A DNA stretch of 64,000 nt from Patescibacteria group bacterium (GTDB taxonomy: Bacteria > Patescibacteriota > JABMPQ01 > JAQVVF01), in the NCBI GenBank assembly GCA_041662665.1, contig JBAZSC010000004.1:10464-74463 (forward strand), written 5' to 3'. Positions 55,417-64,000 of the stretch are shown in pieces; the stretch's first letter is position 1; each line of letters starts with the position of its first letter. Made by a program: the position numbers and the translations under genes. The notes beneath the pieces are model-generated. The model saw nothing but the letters and a program-made list of their open reading frames with translations, made no database searches and was not told the origin of the DNA.

Positions 55417-55671
55417 AGGTACGTTATCCACTCCGCCATGACTCCACGGATTACATCTTAACACACGCCAGCCAGCCAACAAAGAGCCTTTAAAAATTCC
55501 ATGTTTTTCAATTGCTTGATATCCATATTCTGAACAAGTCGGATGATATTTGCAAACACCATAAGGAAGATAATTAGATATTAAGCCATGATCAGGAGAA
55601 ATGGTTTTCTGATAAACTTTAATCAAAAGCAATAATGGCAATCTAAATATATACATAAATACAATTATCAA
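55345..55671 (-). CDS. yidD: Membrane protein insertion efficiency factor YidD, with a repeat-encoded C-terminal tail
   Basis: ISPDHGLI...[17 protein letters not shown]...RCNPWSHGG core. The C-terminal 23 aa ([23 protein letters not shown]) lie within the inverted repeat. Confidence 0.75.
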   Translation of the reverse strand: MIIVFMYIFRLPLLLLIKVYQKTISPDHGLISNYLPYGVCKYHPTCSEYGYQAIEKHGIFKGSLLAGWRVLRCNPWSHGGVDNVPVKFQISNTKQITNSKLQTTKDIL

Positions 55672-55790
55672 TTCACAATTACCAATTTACAATCAATTAA
55701 TCAATGATCAATAATCAATTTTCGACGAAGTTTTGTAAATTGTAAATTAGTAAATTTATTGAAAATTGATAATTGGTAATTGAAAATTAA
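55655..55790. repeat. Inverted oligo-repeat (caattatcaat / attgataattg words)
   Basis: caattatcaattcacaattaccaatttacaatcaattaatcaatgatcaataatcaatt lies opposite aaattgataattggtaattgaaaatt. Confidence 0.55.
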
Positions 55791-56131
55791 ACTATTCCCG
55801 CCATACTCAAAACTCTATCCAAAGCCTGATTAACTTCGGTATAGCTTTTTCCAATAATTTCCGGCCTCACCAGTACAATTATATCAAATCCTTTTTTCAA
55901 TTTACAATTTTTTATTTTTAATCTAAATACTTCTCTTAGAATTCTTTTAATTTTGTTCCGAATTACAGCCTTTTTTGAGATTTTTAATCCAACTAAAAAA
56001 CCAACGCGCGTTACATCTAATCCGTTTGGTAAAAATCTTATTGCTAGAAACTCGTCGCCACAGAATCTGCCTCTTTTATGAATTCTGCCAAAATCATCTT
56101 TCTTTGTCAGCCTGTTTTCTTTTTGAAGCAT
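55787..56131 (-). CDS. rnpA: RNase P protein component
   Basis: Conserved RNR-like basic motif (KAVIRNKIKRILRE); 114 aa; between rpmH and yidD. Confidence 0.85.
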   Translation of the reverse strand: MLQKENRLTKKDDFGRIHKRGRFCGDEFLAIRFLPNGLDVTRVGFLVGLKISKKAVIRNKIKRILREVFRLKIKNCKLKKGFDIIVLVRPEIIGKSYTEVNQALDRVLSMAGIV

Positions 56132-56225
56132 TATCTTAGTTCTAAAAGTTATAAAGTTATAAAGTTCGTAAAGTCCGTAACTTTATAAACTTTATAACTT
56201 TATGAACAGCACGAACTAACGCAAA

Positions 56226-56366
56226 CTAAACAGTCAGTTTTTTTCGGCCTTTTGCTCTTCTTCTTTTCAGCACATTTCTTCCGCCTTTTGTGCTCATTTT
56301 CTGCAAAAAACCATGAGTTCTAGCTCTTTTTCTCTTTTTCGGTTGATATGTTCTTTTTGTTGCCAT
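56226..56366 (-). CDS. rpmH: 50S ribosomal protein L34
   Basis: [46 protein letters not shown]. The ORF-track N-terminal extension is discarded. Confidence 0.9.
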   Translation of the reverse strand: MATKRTYQPKKRKRARTHGFLQKMSTKGGRNVLKRRRAKGRKKLTV

Positions 56367-56499
56367 ATGTCTCAATTTACCAGAAAAAAACTGATTAGTC
56401 AATCCAATTACGATATTGAGAAAACAATAAAATCTTGTTAATATAAAAATATACTGAGGCAAAAAATAATATTTTTGGCTCTAATTTACCTAAAAAAGT

Positions 56500-57582
56500 A
56501 TGCCAGAACAAAAAACAAATACGCAAAAAATTCAACCAGTAAAAAAATATCAAAAAAATAAAAAAATAATCGTTGCCTGTTGTTCAATTTTTGCTGGATT
56601 TTTTATTATTTTATTTTTTACATTTATCGCAATTTGGTTTTTTGTTTTGCCAAAAAGTTCTAATCCTCCAAAAAATCTCCCCAACATTTCCCAAAATATT
56701 GCTTTAAATTCACCAGCAGAATCTAACTCCCAAAATTATTTAATTTCCGAAAATATCATCCTACAAAATATTGGCCTGCAAGATTCTTATATGCAAACTG
56801 TCTATATTGCTAAATTCCATGATCTTGCTCCTTATCAAGATGTTTTAGAAGAAACAATCTCACCAACAAATTATGAAATTATTAAAGATGAAAATAATAA
56901 TGAATATCTAAAATATACTTTTTATAACTTGTCTGCAAATGAATCAAGAAATTTTAATCTTCAATACAAAATAAAAATAAATGCAGTTAATTATGATTTA
57001 AAAAATTGCCAAGGAAATTCTACGAATCAATTTTTATTGCCAGAAAAATCAGTTGAATCAGACAATCCAGAAATAATTGATTTAGCAAAAAGTATCACCA
57101 AAAATTCTCAAAATCAATGCCAGGCTTCGAAAGACATTTACAATTGGATTGGTGACAATATTAGCTATCCAGGCTATATTCCAGATGCCAAAGGCGCATT
57201 ATGGGCATTAGAAAATAAACAAGGAGATTGCACAGAATTTGCTGACCTAAATATTGCTTTAAATCGCGCTGATAATATTCCTGCTCGTTTTGTTGAAGGT
57301 TTAGTTTATCAATCCGATCAAGAAACAGATCCATCACAAATGAAACATGATTGGTCGCAAGTTTATTTGCCAAGCACAGGATGGGTGCCAGTTGATCCAA
57401 CTTTTGGCAGACTATCAACAAATCGCAAAGATTATTTTGCCGAAATTCCAGATAATCATGCCATTTTAACAATTGGGCAGAATTTAGAAATATTGCATGG
57501 CTTTTATTTTTATTATTATGAATATAATGGATCAACCATAGAAACAACTCAAGAAAATTGGCGAATGCAAAAGACAAATTAA
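56500..57582 (+). CDS. Transglutaminase-like (Cys-His-Asp papain-fold) domain protein with an N-terminal TM anchor
   Basis: KQGDCTEFADL (Cys), HDWSQVYLP (His) and WVPVDPT (Asp). Confidence 0.75.
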   Translation: MPEQKTNTQKIQPVKKYQKNKKIIVACCSIFAGFFIILFFTFIAIWFFVLPKSSNPPKNLPNISQNIALNSPAESNSQNYLISENIILQNIGLQDSYMQTVYIAKFHDLAPYQDVLEETISPTNYEIIKDENNNEYLKYTFYNLSANESRNFNLQYKIKINAVNYDLKNCQGNSTNQFLLPEKSVESDNPEIIDLAKSITKNSQNQCQASKDIYNWIGDNISYPGYIPDAKGALWALENKQGDCTEFADLNIALNRADNIPARFVEGLVYQSDQETDPSQMKHDWSQVYLPSTGWVPVDPTFGRLSTNRKDYFAEIPDNHAILTIGQNLEILHGFYFYYYEYNGSTIETTQENWRMQKTN

Positions 57583-57589
57583 AAATTTT

Positions 57590-57660
57590 TCAAAATACCT
57601 TATCTTAAAGGTATTTTTTTGACACAAAAAAAGCTAGATAAATCTAGCTAACAAGGTACT
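57590..57660. terminator. Bidirectional terminators (aataccttatcttaaaggtatt-T7 for the + strand; agctagatttatctagct-T7 for the minus-strand operon)
   Basis: Two hairpins, each followed by a T-run on the appropriate strand. Confidence 0.55.
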
Positions 57661-57671
57661 ATTCACAACTC

Positions 57672-57941
57672 TTATGCCGACAAAGCTTGATCAATCAAGA
57701 CTCGCAAACCTTGATCAGTAATCCTATACAATCTTCTTCGAGGTCTTCTCAAACTAACATGTTCCTCTCTGCGACTTGCAATATCATTTCTATCTTCCAA
57801 TTGATCCAGCCAAACATATACAGTTCCACGCTTCAATTTTCCTGAAGATCTTTCGATAATATCCAATCCATACATCTCATTTCCATTTTCTTGCAAAATT
57901 TCCAAAATCAATATTTCCAATCCAGAATAATCATTCATCAC
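57672..57941 (-). CDS. Winged-helix transcriptional regulator, PadR-like
   Basis: LEILILEILQENGNEMYGLDII...GTVYVWLDQLEDRNDI resembles the PadR wHTH. The SD aggaagaggagg precedes the ATG. Confidence 0.45.
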   Translation of the reverse strand: MMNDYSGLEILILEILQENGNEMYGLDIIERSSGKLKRGTVYVWLDQLEDRNDIASRREEHVSLRRPRRRLYRITDQGLRVLIDQALSA

Positions 57942-57960
57942 AGCCTCCTCTTCCTAAAAT

Positions 57961-58452
57961 TCAGGAAATCGCCGAACTGATTGTGTTAGCAAGATAACTA
58001 AAACGCATAGGCAACAAATAACTTCCTCTCGGATTTTTCGCAAGATGCTCTTTCGCCTCCATAATATGTAGAGTCCACACTGCAACACTCGGAACATTCA
58101 AGGGCTTTATCCATTCAATTAGCTCCTCAACGGAAATTGCATACTTCTTCCTCTCGCAAAAATAATTCGATAAATTAGGCAAAAATCGCCTATGACTATT
58201 ATGATTATCACGATCACTTGCGACAGCAAAATAAATGTTTCTCGAAGATTGCACATTTCTCACAATACCAAAACCGATCAATCCACAAGGTGACTTCACT
58301 GCATTTGTCCACTCAATAACCAGAATAGTTCCAGAACTAACAATTTCATTAACCGTATCATCAGTCAATAATCTTTCTAAAAATCCACGAACCGGCATTT
58401 CTTCTAAATGCAACATTACTTGTTCTGTTCCACCTTTAAACATCGTCACCAT
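57961..58452 (-). CDS. Hypothetical protein, paralog A2 (tandem paralog of 58490-58954)
   Basis: Start at the MVTMFKGG ATG at 58452, preceded by aaaaaggaggaagaca. Shares about 45% identity by eye with the upstream paralog. Confidence 0.55.
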   Translation of the reverse strand: MVTMFKGGTEQVMLHLEEMPVRGFLERLLTDDTVNEIVSSGTILVIEWTNAVKSPCGLIGFGIVRNVQSSRNIYFAVASDRDNHNSHRRFLPNLSNYFCERKKYAISVEELIEWIKPLNVPSVAVWTLHIMEAKEHLAKNPRGSYLLPMRFSYLANTISSAIS

Positions 58453-58489
58453 TGTCTTCCTCCTTTTTCCTATGAAAAGCAATCAAGAA

Positions 58490-58954
58490 TTATAATGCCG
58501 AATTAATTGGATAAATACAAAAACGCAATGGAAGAAAGCTATCACTACGACCAGAAGAAGATTGTTCTTTTGCTTCCATAATATGATACGCCCATATATC
58601 AGCTGCAGGAATATTCAATGGCTTTATCCAATCCATTAATTCATCAACAGAAATTCCGGTCATTTTCCTATCGCAACAAACTTTATTAATTGCAAAAAAC
58701 TTACCTTCTCCTTGATCCTTTGCACCAGCAAAAAATACATTTTTTGAAGTTTCCATATCTCGTAAAATTCCAAACCCAATCATTCGACAAGGCCTTTTTA
58801 CTGCACTCGTCCATTCCAAAACCAAGATAGTTCCATCACTAACAATTTGATCAACTACGTCATCTCTCAATAATTTCTCCAAAAATTCACGAACTGGCAT
58901 CTCTTCAAAACGTCTTTCCAATTCTTCTTCAGTCCCTTCAAACATTGTTACCAT
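58490..58954 (-). CDS. Hypothetical protein, paralog A1
   Basis: Start at the MVTMFEG ATG at 58954, preceded by aaaaggaggagaaaagaca. Conserved blocks EEMPVR.FLE.LL.DD, GTILV.EWT.AVK.PC..IGFGI and HIMEAKE. Confidence 0.55.
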   Translation of the reverse strand: MVTMFEGTEEELERRFEEMPVREFLEKLLRDDVVDQIVSDGTILVLEWTSAVKRPCRMIGFGILRDMETSKNVFFAGAKDQGEGKFFAINKVCCDRKMTGISVDELMDWIKPLNIPAADIWAYHIMEAKEQSSSGRSDSFLPLRFCIYPINSAL

Positions 58955-59110
58955 TGTCTTTTCTCCTCCTTTTCTGCGAACGATAATTTTTAAAGAGCAT
59001 TTTTCAATATATAATAAACTGAACAAAAAAACAAGACTAAAACCTTGTCTTTGTGTAACTACAAATTTTAGATTGCCAAAAGGCTTAAGTAAGATTAAAA
59101 TAACAATATT

Positions 59111-59198
59111 GGAGAGGTGCCAGAGAGGCCGAATGGGCTGGTCTCGAAAACCGGTATGCCCGAAAGGGCATCGTGGGTTCGACTCCCACCCTCTCCGC
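59111..59198 (+). tRNA. tRNA-Ser (anticodon CGA)
   Basis: GGAGAGG acceptor stem; anticodon loop CTCGAAA; long variable arm GTATGCCCGAAAGGGCATC; T-arm GTGGGTTCGACTCCCAC; discriminator G. Confidence 0.85.
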
Positions 59199-59310
59199 CT
59201 TCGCCCGCCGAAGCTTTAGCAAAAGCGAAGGCGGGATAGTCAAATACACGAATCAATGTTTCTGTTTTTTCTAATTCACGGGCGGGCTTCGGCGGACAAA
59301 GTCCGTTAAG
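59196..59310. repeat. GC-rich palindromic elements (CCGCC-GAAG...GAAG-GGCGG family) abutting the tRNA-Ser 3' end
   Basis: cccgccgaagctttagcaaaagcgaaggcggg and cgggcgggcttcggcggacaaagtccg. Confidence 0.6.
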
Positions 59311-59385
59311 AAATATTAATTTTAACTTAAATAAAAAATTATCCATACAAATCCGCGTGTAATCCGCATTAATCCGCGCGTAAAA

Positions 59386-60837
59386 CTAGAGTTTTCCTAA
59401 ATCCAATTCTTCATCAAATCTTATTTGTTTTACAAAATCAGGCATGTGACTGACCATGATCATCGCTCCTTCGTAGTCATTAATTGCTTTAGCAATAATT
59501 GGCAAATGACGAAAATTAATATGATTAGTTGGTTCATCCAAAATTAATAAACCTGGCTTCATTAAAGTTAATCTTGCAAAATTCAATAATCCTTTTTGCC
59601 CTTCTGACAAATCTCCAACTTTATGGCTCATCATGCTGCCATCAATCAAAAAACCAGATGCAACTGAACGCATGTTATGTTCATCTAGTCCTTCAGCTAA
59701 AATGCTTGAAAGAGAATCATAAACAGTTTGATCAAAATCTAAATTAGAAAAATCTTGGCTATAATATCCAACTTTAACATCTTCTAAAATTTTAGCATTT
59801 TCATCTTTATTGTTTACTAGAGTTCGAAGCAATGTACTCTTGCCTATTCCATTTGGTCCAACAACTAAAAGATGCATTCTTTTTCGAATCACTTTTTCAG
59901 TTTCTTTCAAAACTGGCTCGTGATTTTTAATCACTTTAACTGCTTTAATTTTTACAATTTCTCCAGAAATATCTTGAACTGGAATTTCAAATTCTCTAAT
60001 CGTCTTATCTTCTTTTCTAACATCAACCATATTTTCTTCCATTTCTTGAGCTTCCAATTTTAATTTTCTTGCCAATTGACGCATCTTTCCGCCTTTGTTT
60101 GCAAAAAAATTAACTTTTTCTTTGCGATCAATAATTGATTTTTTTAACTGAGCATTTTTTCTTTGCTCTCTAAGAACTCTACTTTTTATTTCCTCTACTA
60201 CTGAAAAATAATCGCCGACATAAGTTTCAATCTTATGTGTAAAAACATCAAGATAAATAACGCCTTCAGTAAAACAATTCAAAAAATCAGCATCGTGCGA
60301 AATCACAATTACTGTCTTATCATACATCACTAAAAATTCAATCAAGTGTTCAATGCCGGCTTGATCAAGATTATTAGTCGGCTCATCCAATAACAAAATA
60401 TCTGAATTTTGAATCAACGCATTTGCCAACAATAATCTTGCTTGTTGTCCGCCAGATAAATCTCCGACTTTTCGATCAGTTGGCACATCTAAATTTACTG
60501 CTTGTAAAACCTTGAATATTTTACTTGCCATATCAGGCTGTTCTACTTCAAAAGCTTTCTCAAAATACTCGCTAACCTTCAAAGAAAAATCTTCTCGCTT
60601 CATCACTTGGCGAGCAGTTGCAATTGTTGCTCCATTTGAAATATGAATTTGACCAGATGTTGGCTGTAATTCTCCCATAATTAAAGCAAATAACGAACTT
60701 TTTCCAGCGCCATTTTGACCCATCAATGTTATTTTAGCTCCTTTTCGAACACTAAAACTGACCTCGTCCAAAACAGGCTTATCATGATCATATTCAAAAT
60801 TTACTTCATCAAATCTTAAAATTACTTCTTCAGCCAT
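59386..60837 (-). CDS. ABC-F family ATPase (tandem ABC domains, no TMD; EttA/Uup-like translation factor)
   Basis: Two Walker A motifs (GQNGAGKSS; GPNGIGKST), two signatures (LSGGQQ; LSEGQK) and two Walker B motifs (LLLDEPTN; LILDEPTN). Confidence 0.9.
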   Translation of the reverse strand: MAEEVILRFDEVNFEYDHDKPVLDEVSFSVRKGAKITLMGQNGAGKSSLFALIMGELQPTSGQIHISNGATIATARQVMKREDFSLKVSEYFEKAFEVEQPDMASKIFKVLQAVNLDVPTDRKVGDLSGGQQARLLLANALIQNSDILLLDEPTNNLDQAGIEHLIEFLVMYDKTVIVISHDADFLNCFTEGVIYLDVFTHKIETYVGDYFSVVEEIKSRVLREQRKNAQLKKSIIDRKEKVNFFANKGGKMRQLARKLKLEAQEMEENMVDVRKEDKTIREFEIPVQDISGEIVKIKAVKVIKNHEPVLKETEKVIRKRMHLLVVGPNGIGKSTLLRTLVNNKDENAKILEDVKVGYYSQDFSNLDFDQTVYDSLSSILAEGLDEHNMRSVASGFLIDGSMMSHKVGDLSEGQKGLLNFARLTLMKPGLLILDEPTNHINFRHLPIIAKAINDYEGAMIMVSHMPDFVKQIRFDEELDLGKL

Positions 60838-60948
60838 AAAAATAAAATAAAAATGCGCCTTTCACGCAAGTGGAATTAATATAACATATTATCCAAAAAT
60901 GTACAGACTATTTGATTTAAAAAAATAAATAAAAAATAACACAAAAAT

Positions 60949-61626
60949 ATGTTCGAAAATCTCACCTTTACTATTATTATTTCTATTGCCAGTTTAGCTA
61001 TCCTTGACAGCATCAATCCGCTTGAACTATTAGCTGCCTTATTCATTTTTTCTATTAAAAAACCGATCAGCCGTTTTCTACCTTATGTTATTGGTATCTT
61101 TTTCTTTCACTTTTTAGTAGGATTCATTCTTTATTACACTCTTCATTTTATCCTAAATCTTAACATCTTTAATTCGCCTATCTTTGACCGCTCTCTTGAA
61201 ATCATTGCAGGCATTCTTTTAATCATTGTTGGACTAAAAATGAAAAAACATAATAAATCAACAATTAAAACAATTCTTAATCCAAAACCGCTCTATACTT
61301 TTCTGCTAGGTCTAGGCATTACAGCTTCTGCTCTCCCAAGCTCTGCCGTCTATTTTTCTGCTTTAGGAATTATTGCTAATGATGATCTAAAATTTGCAAG
61401 TCTTGCCCTGCTTTTGCTTATCTATAATATTATCTTTGTTTTACCGCTCTTTATTTTGCTGGCGATTTATTTATTATTTCAAAAACGTTCAGAAAAAGTA
61501 TTTTCCAAAATCAGAAATTTTATTCAGCATCGTTTAAATTCAATTTTAAAAGTAATTATAATACTAGTCGGATCATTTTTAATTTTAGACTTTATTCTTT
61601 ATCTTTTTCACACGCCAATTCTCTAA
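60949..61626 (+). CDS. Hypothetical polytopic membrane protein (DsbD_2/LysE-like topology, no Cys pair)
   Basis: Six TM helices with an N-terminal LAILDSINPLELL motif. Confidence 0.4.
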   Translation: MFENLTFTIIISIASLAILDSINPLELLAALFIFSIKKPISRFLPYVIGIFFFHFLVGFILYYTLHFILNLNIFNSPIFDRSLEIIAGILLIIVGLKMKKHNKSTIKTILNPKPLYTFLLGLGITASALPSSAVYFSALGIIANDDLKFASLALLLLIYNIIFVLPLFILLAIYLLFQKRSEKVFSKIRNFIQHRLNSILKVIIILVGSFLILDFILYLFHTPIL

Positions 61627-61660
61627 AAAAATAAAAAAGACCAAATCAATTGGTCAAAAC
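61627..61660. terminator. Bidirectional terminator
   Basis: gaccaaatcaattggtc flanked by A-runs and T-runs. Confidence 0.5.
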
Positions 61661-62349
61661 GCACTATGGGTGCATTCACAAGGATCTTTATGACAATTAT
61701 GACAGCCATTGCCATAATATTTCAAAACAACTGCCTCCAAATCAATATTCAATAAATTTGCAATTGCAATCGTCCAAGCTAATGTATCAGCTAATTCCAA
61801 TGCAAATTCTTTTTCCATCTCATCTAAAGTTAAACTTCTTTCAGGAATTCTCATCAACAGTTGCAACAACTCGCTAATCTCTTTAAACAAACGATTCAAA
61901 CAGTTTTCTAAACCTTTCTGCTCATTCCTTTTTCCATAAATCTCTTTCATTGAAGCACACCATTCTTTTAAAGTCCATTCCATCTGAACCACAAAATCTA
62001 TAACAGCATCAGGATCGTAAGACAATTTTGGATCCAATCTCCTTTCCGAACATTTGCATGATTTTTGCAAACAATAACTGCAAACACCTCTTGGATATTT
62101 TCTTGCCATATATTCCACCAACGGCAATTTCCAAAAATGGTTAGCAACGCAGAAAATCCTTGCTACTACACTTGCCAATTCTTTTTCAACATCACCATTT
62201 TTTCGAATTGCATCCTGCAAATTTCCGATTCCAACATTCAAAAAATTAATTCGCGCAGACAAACTTGGCAAAAATATTCTGTTGCGCCTTTCATAAAGTC
62301 CCCAAAAATGAATCATCAAATCCTGCAAACTTCTCTCTTCTTTTTCCAT
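61654..62349 (-). CDS. MazG-like nucleotide pyrophosphohydrolase with Cys-rich (CxxC) insertions (SD-bearing)
   Basis: Two MazG-like EExxE/D helices (EFALELADTLAWTIAIANLLNIDLE) plus CSYCLQKSCKC and CHNCHKDPCEC. The SD gaaaaggaggagaaaggg precedes the ATG. Confidence 0.45.
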   Translation of the reverse strand: MEKEERSLQDLMIHFWGLYERRNRIFLPSLSARINFLNVGIGNLQDAIRKNGDVEKELASVVARIFCVANHFWKLPLVEYMARKYPRGVCSYCLQKSCKCSERRLDPKLSYDPDAVIDFVVQMEWTLKEWCASMKEIYGKRNEQKGLENCLNRLFKEISELLQLLMRIPERSLTLDEMEKEFALELADTLAWTIAIANLLNIDLEAVVLKYYGNGCHNCHKDPCECTHSAF

Positions 62350-62441
62350 CCCTTTCTCCTCCTTTTCGAAGTTCTAAATATTTTGTTGTAACAAAGAACG
62401 AATTATTATAAGATAATATGAATATTAATTAAAGTCAAATC

Positions 62442-63170
62442 ATGACCATCTTAAAACAAATAGACCGAGAATTAAAACAACATATTGATCAAGGATACAA
62501 AGCAGGATCAATTAGATATTTCAAAGAAAAAATAAAAGTAATTGGCGTAAGAAGTAAGATTGTCAACAAGATTTCCCAAAAATATTGGAAAAATTTATCC
62601 ACCGAAGTCTCGCAAGACGGAGGTGGATCAAAATTAGAAATCTTTAATCTTTGCGAACAACTATTAAAAACTGGTTATAGTGAAAAAATCAGCATTGCCT
62701 TAGATTGGACATTTAGACTTAAAAAAGATTTTGAAAAATCAGATTTTAAAATTTTTACGTCTTGGCTTTCAAAGTATATTAGCAATTGGGCATCTGATGA
62801 CGATTTATGCACTCACCCATTAGGCTATCTTATTTATAAATTTCCAGAATTTTTACCGCAATTGCAAAAATTAACCAAATCAAAAAATAGATGGGAACGA
62901 CGTGCTTCAGCAGTCACATTTATTTATCCAATCCGCTATGATAAAAAATTTCTGCCACATGTTTTTAAAACTGCCAAAATCTTATTGCAAGATCAAGATG
63001 ATCTAGTCCAAAAAGGTTATGGCTGGATGTTAAAAGTTGCCAGCCAAAAATTTCCAGCAGATGTTTTAAAATTTATCAATCAACACAAATCCAAAATGCC
63101 ACGCACAGCTTTAAGATATGCCATTGAAAAATATCCACAAAGGATAAGAAGAGAAATCTTGAAAAATTAG
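62442..63170 (+). CDS. DNA alkylation repair protein, AlkD/AlkC-like HEAT-repeat family
   Basis: Helical repeat protein of matching size (242 aa) with a conserved Trp/Tyr layout. Carries an in-frame GC-rich hairpin insert at 62597-62630. Confidence 0.45.
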   Translation: MTILKQIDRELKQHIDQGYKAGSIRYFKEKIKVIGVRSKIVNKISQKYWKNLSTEVSQDGGGSKLEIFNLCEQLLKTGYSEKISIALDWTFRLKKDFEKSDFKIFTSWLSKYISNWASDDDLCTHPLGYLIYKFPEFLPQLQKLTKSKNRWERRASAVTFIYPIRYDKKFLPHVFKTAKILLQDQDDLVQKGYGWMLKVASQKFPADVLKFINQHKSKMPRTALRYAIEKYPQRIRREILKN

Positions 63171-63296
63171 CTTCTACCCTGCCCACGGCAGGAGTTAATC
63201 AACGCACAAAATAAAGACTTTTTCGCAAAACACGAACCCTTGCCACGCCTGCCCACCGTAGCATGTGCGAAGGTGGGGGCAAGGTAGAAAACTAAA
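63171..63296. other. GC-rich multi-hairpin structured element (candidate small RNA or REP cluster)
   Basis: Outer pairing ttctaccctgcc/ggcaaggtagaa; inner hairpins cctgcccacggcagg and cccaccgtagcatgtgcgaaggtggg. Confidence 0.4.
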
Positions 63297-63367
63297 AAAA
63301 TATCCGCAAAAAATCAAAAAACAAATTCTAGCAAAGACTTTATAAACTTTATAACTTTACAAACTTT

Positions 63368-64000
63368 ATGAACTTGTCTAACCGCGCATCAAACACGCCC
63401 GCTTCTCCTATTCGAAAATTGTTCCCCAAAGCATCAGAAGCCGAAAAAAAAGGCATCAAAATTTACAAATTGAATATCGGCCAGCCAGATTTAAAAACTC
63501 CTAACTGCATTAAAAAACGTTGCCAAAATTATCCAAAAGATTTAGTCTATGAACCTTCACCTGGAATTCCTGAATTAATTTCAACTTGGGCAAAATATTT
63601 TGCCAAAGATAATTTGCCAGTCACAGATAAAGACTTAATTATTACAACTGGCGGCAGCGAAGCTATTGTTTTTTCACTTCTTGCCACTTGCGATCCAAAT
63701 GATGAAGTTATTGTTTTCGAACCTTTTTATGCCAATTACAAATCTTACGCTATTCAAACTAGCGTCAAATTAGTTCCAGTTACTTTAAAAATTGAAGATA
63801 ATTTTCATCTTCCAAATGCTGAAGAAATTGAAAAAAAGATAACTTCAAAAACCAAAGCAATTTTAATCAATAATCCAAGCAATCCAACTGGAGCAGTTTA
63901 CAAAAAAAATGAATTGCAGATGATTACTGATTTAGCTATCAAGCACAATTTATTTATCATTTCTGATGAAGTCTATAATGAATTTGTTTTAGACAAAAAA
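63368..64000 (+). CDS. Class I/II pyridoxal-phosphate aminotransferase (aspartate aminotransferase-like), 5' part; gene runs past the window end
   Basis: ATG at 63368. My translation is MNLSNRASNTPASPIRKLF...IYKLNIGQPDLKTP...ITTGGSEAI...FEPFYANY...LINNPSNPTGAVY, typical of AspC-family enzymes. Open to position 64000. Confidence 0.8.
   Translation, partial: MNLSNRASNTPASPIRKLFPKASEAEKKGIKIYKLNIGQPDLKTPNCIKKRCQNYPKDLVYEPSPGIPELISTWAKYFAKDNLPVTDKDLIITTGGSEAIVFSLLATCDPNDEVIVFEPFYANYKSYAIQTSVKLVPVTLKIEDNFHLPNAEEIEKKITSKTKAILINNPSNPTGAVYKKNELQMITDLAIKHNLFIISDEVYNEFVLDKK

Noticed and set aside
57600-59200. Integrative element or prophage at tRNA-Ser
   Set aside because: No integrase, recombinase, excisionase or phage structural gene. 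The module lies at the 5' side of the tRNA and no direct repeat of the tRNA 3' end was found. Retained only as a compositionally foreign operon.
59095-59346. 83-aa ORF on the minus strand
   Set aside because: It overlaps tRNA-Ser and the GC-rich palindromes and is an artefact of GC-rich sequence.
1-64000. Alternative genetic code (UGA recoding), as in some CPR lineages
   Set aside because: Conserved genes (gap, ruvB, valS, gdh, the ABC-F gene) read through to normal lengths with the standard code. There is no need for UGA readthrough.

Overview
AT-rich (about 28-30% GC), gene-dense bacterial window in standard genetic code; genes lie in same-strand runs and housekeeping proteins carry low-complexity inserts. 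By inference (not proven) it resembles a reduced Patescibacteria/CPR-type genome. The core gene set is well supported. It includes gap, a PfkB sugar kinase, valS, tsaD, tsaE, pilB, glutamate dehydrogenase, ferredoxin, hsp20, ruvB, queA, the rpmH-rnpA-yidD-yidC-jag cluster, an ABC-F ATPase, a surface-glycan cluster (GT39, DedA, two Wzy/O-antigen-ligase-like proteins, GT4, Wzx), tRNA-Glu(UUC) and tRNA-Ser(CGA). Four things stand out. (1) Six tandem same-strand paralogous genes (22030-33614) encode secreted proteins with a signal peptide, a seven-repeat YATN-type propeller-like region, a beta module and a novel lysine-rich C-terminal domain ending in YYAIG[RK]. That C-terminal domain is also present on a secreted SGNH hydrolase at 6233-8623. 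(2) A 3.3-kb GC-rich island (40580-43935) lies between queA and the glycan cluster. It carries canonical sigma70 promoters, strong Shine-Dalgarno sites and modular repeat-terminator-gene-promoter units, and encodes two paralogous proteins with an AGTGKHHG motif, a small protein and a Nudix-like protein, none with an assignable function. (3) A second GC-richer, SD-bearing three-gene operon (two paralogs plus a PadR-like regulator) sits next to tRNA-Ser. (4) Several families of short palindromic or oligonucleotide-repeat elements saturate the intergenic space. Some are inserted in frame into coding sequences, where they add peptide inserts and C-terminal tails to tsaD, valS, queA, glutamate dehydrogenase, yidD, the M23 peptidase, two O-antigen-ligase-like proteins and the AlkD-like protein. 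One GC-rich hairpin family shows compensatory base changes that preserve its stem pairing. Core genes lack SD sequences, and a conserved roughly 40-nt promoter-like block precedes hsp20, ruvB and ferredoxin. No rRNA, CRISPR array, integrase or transposase was recognised.
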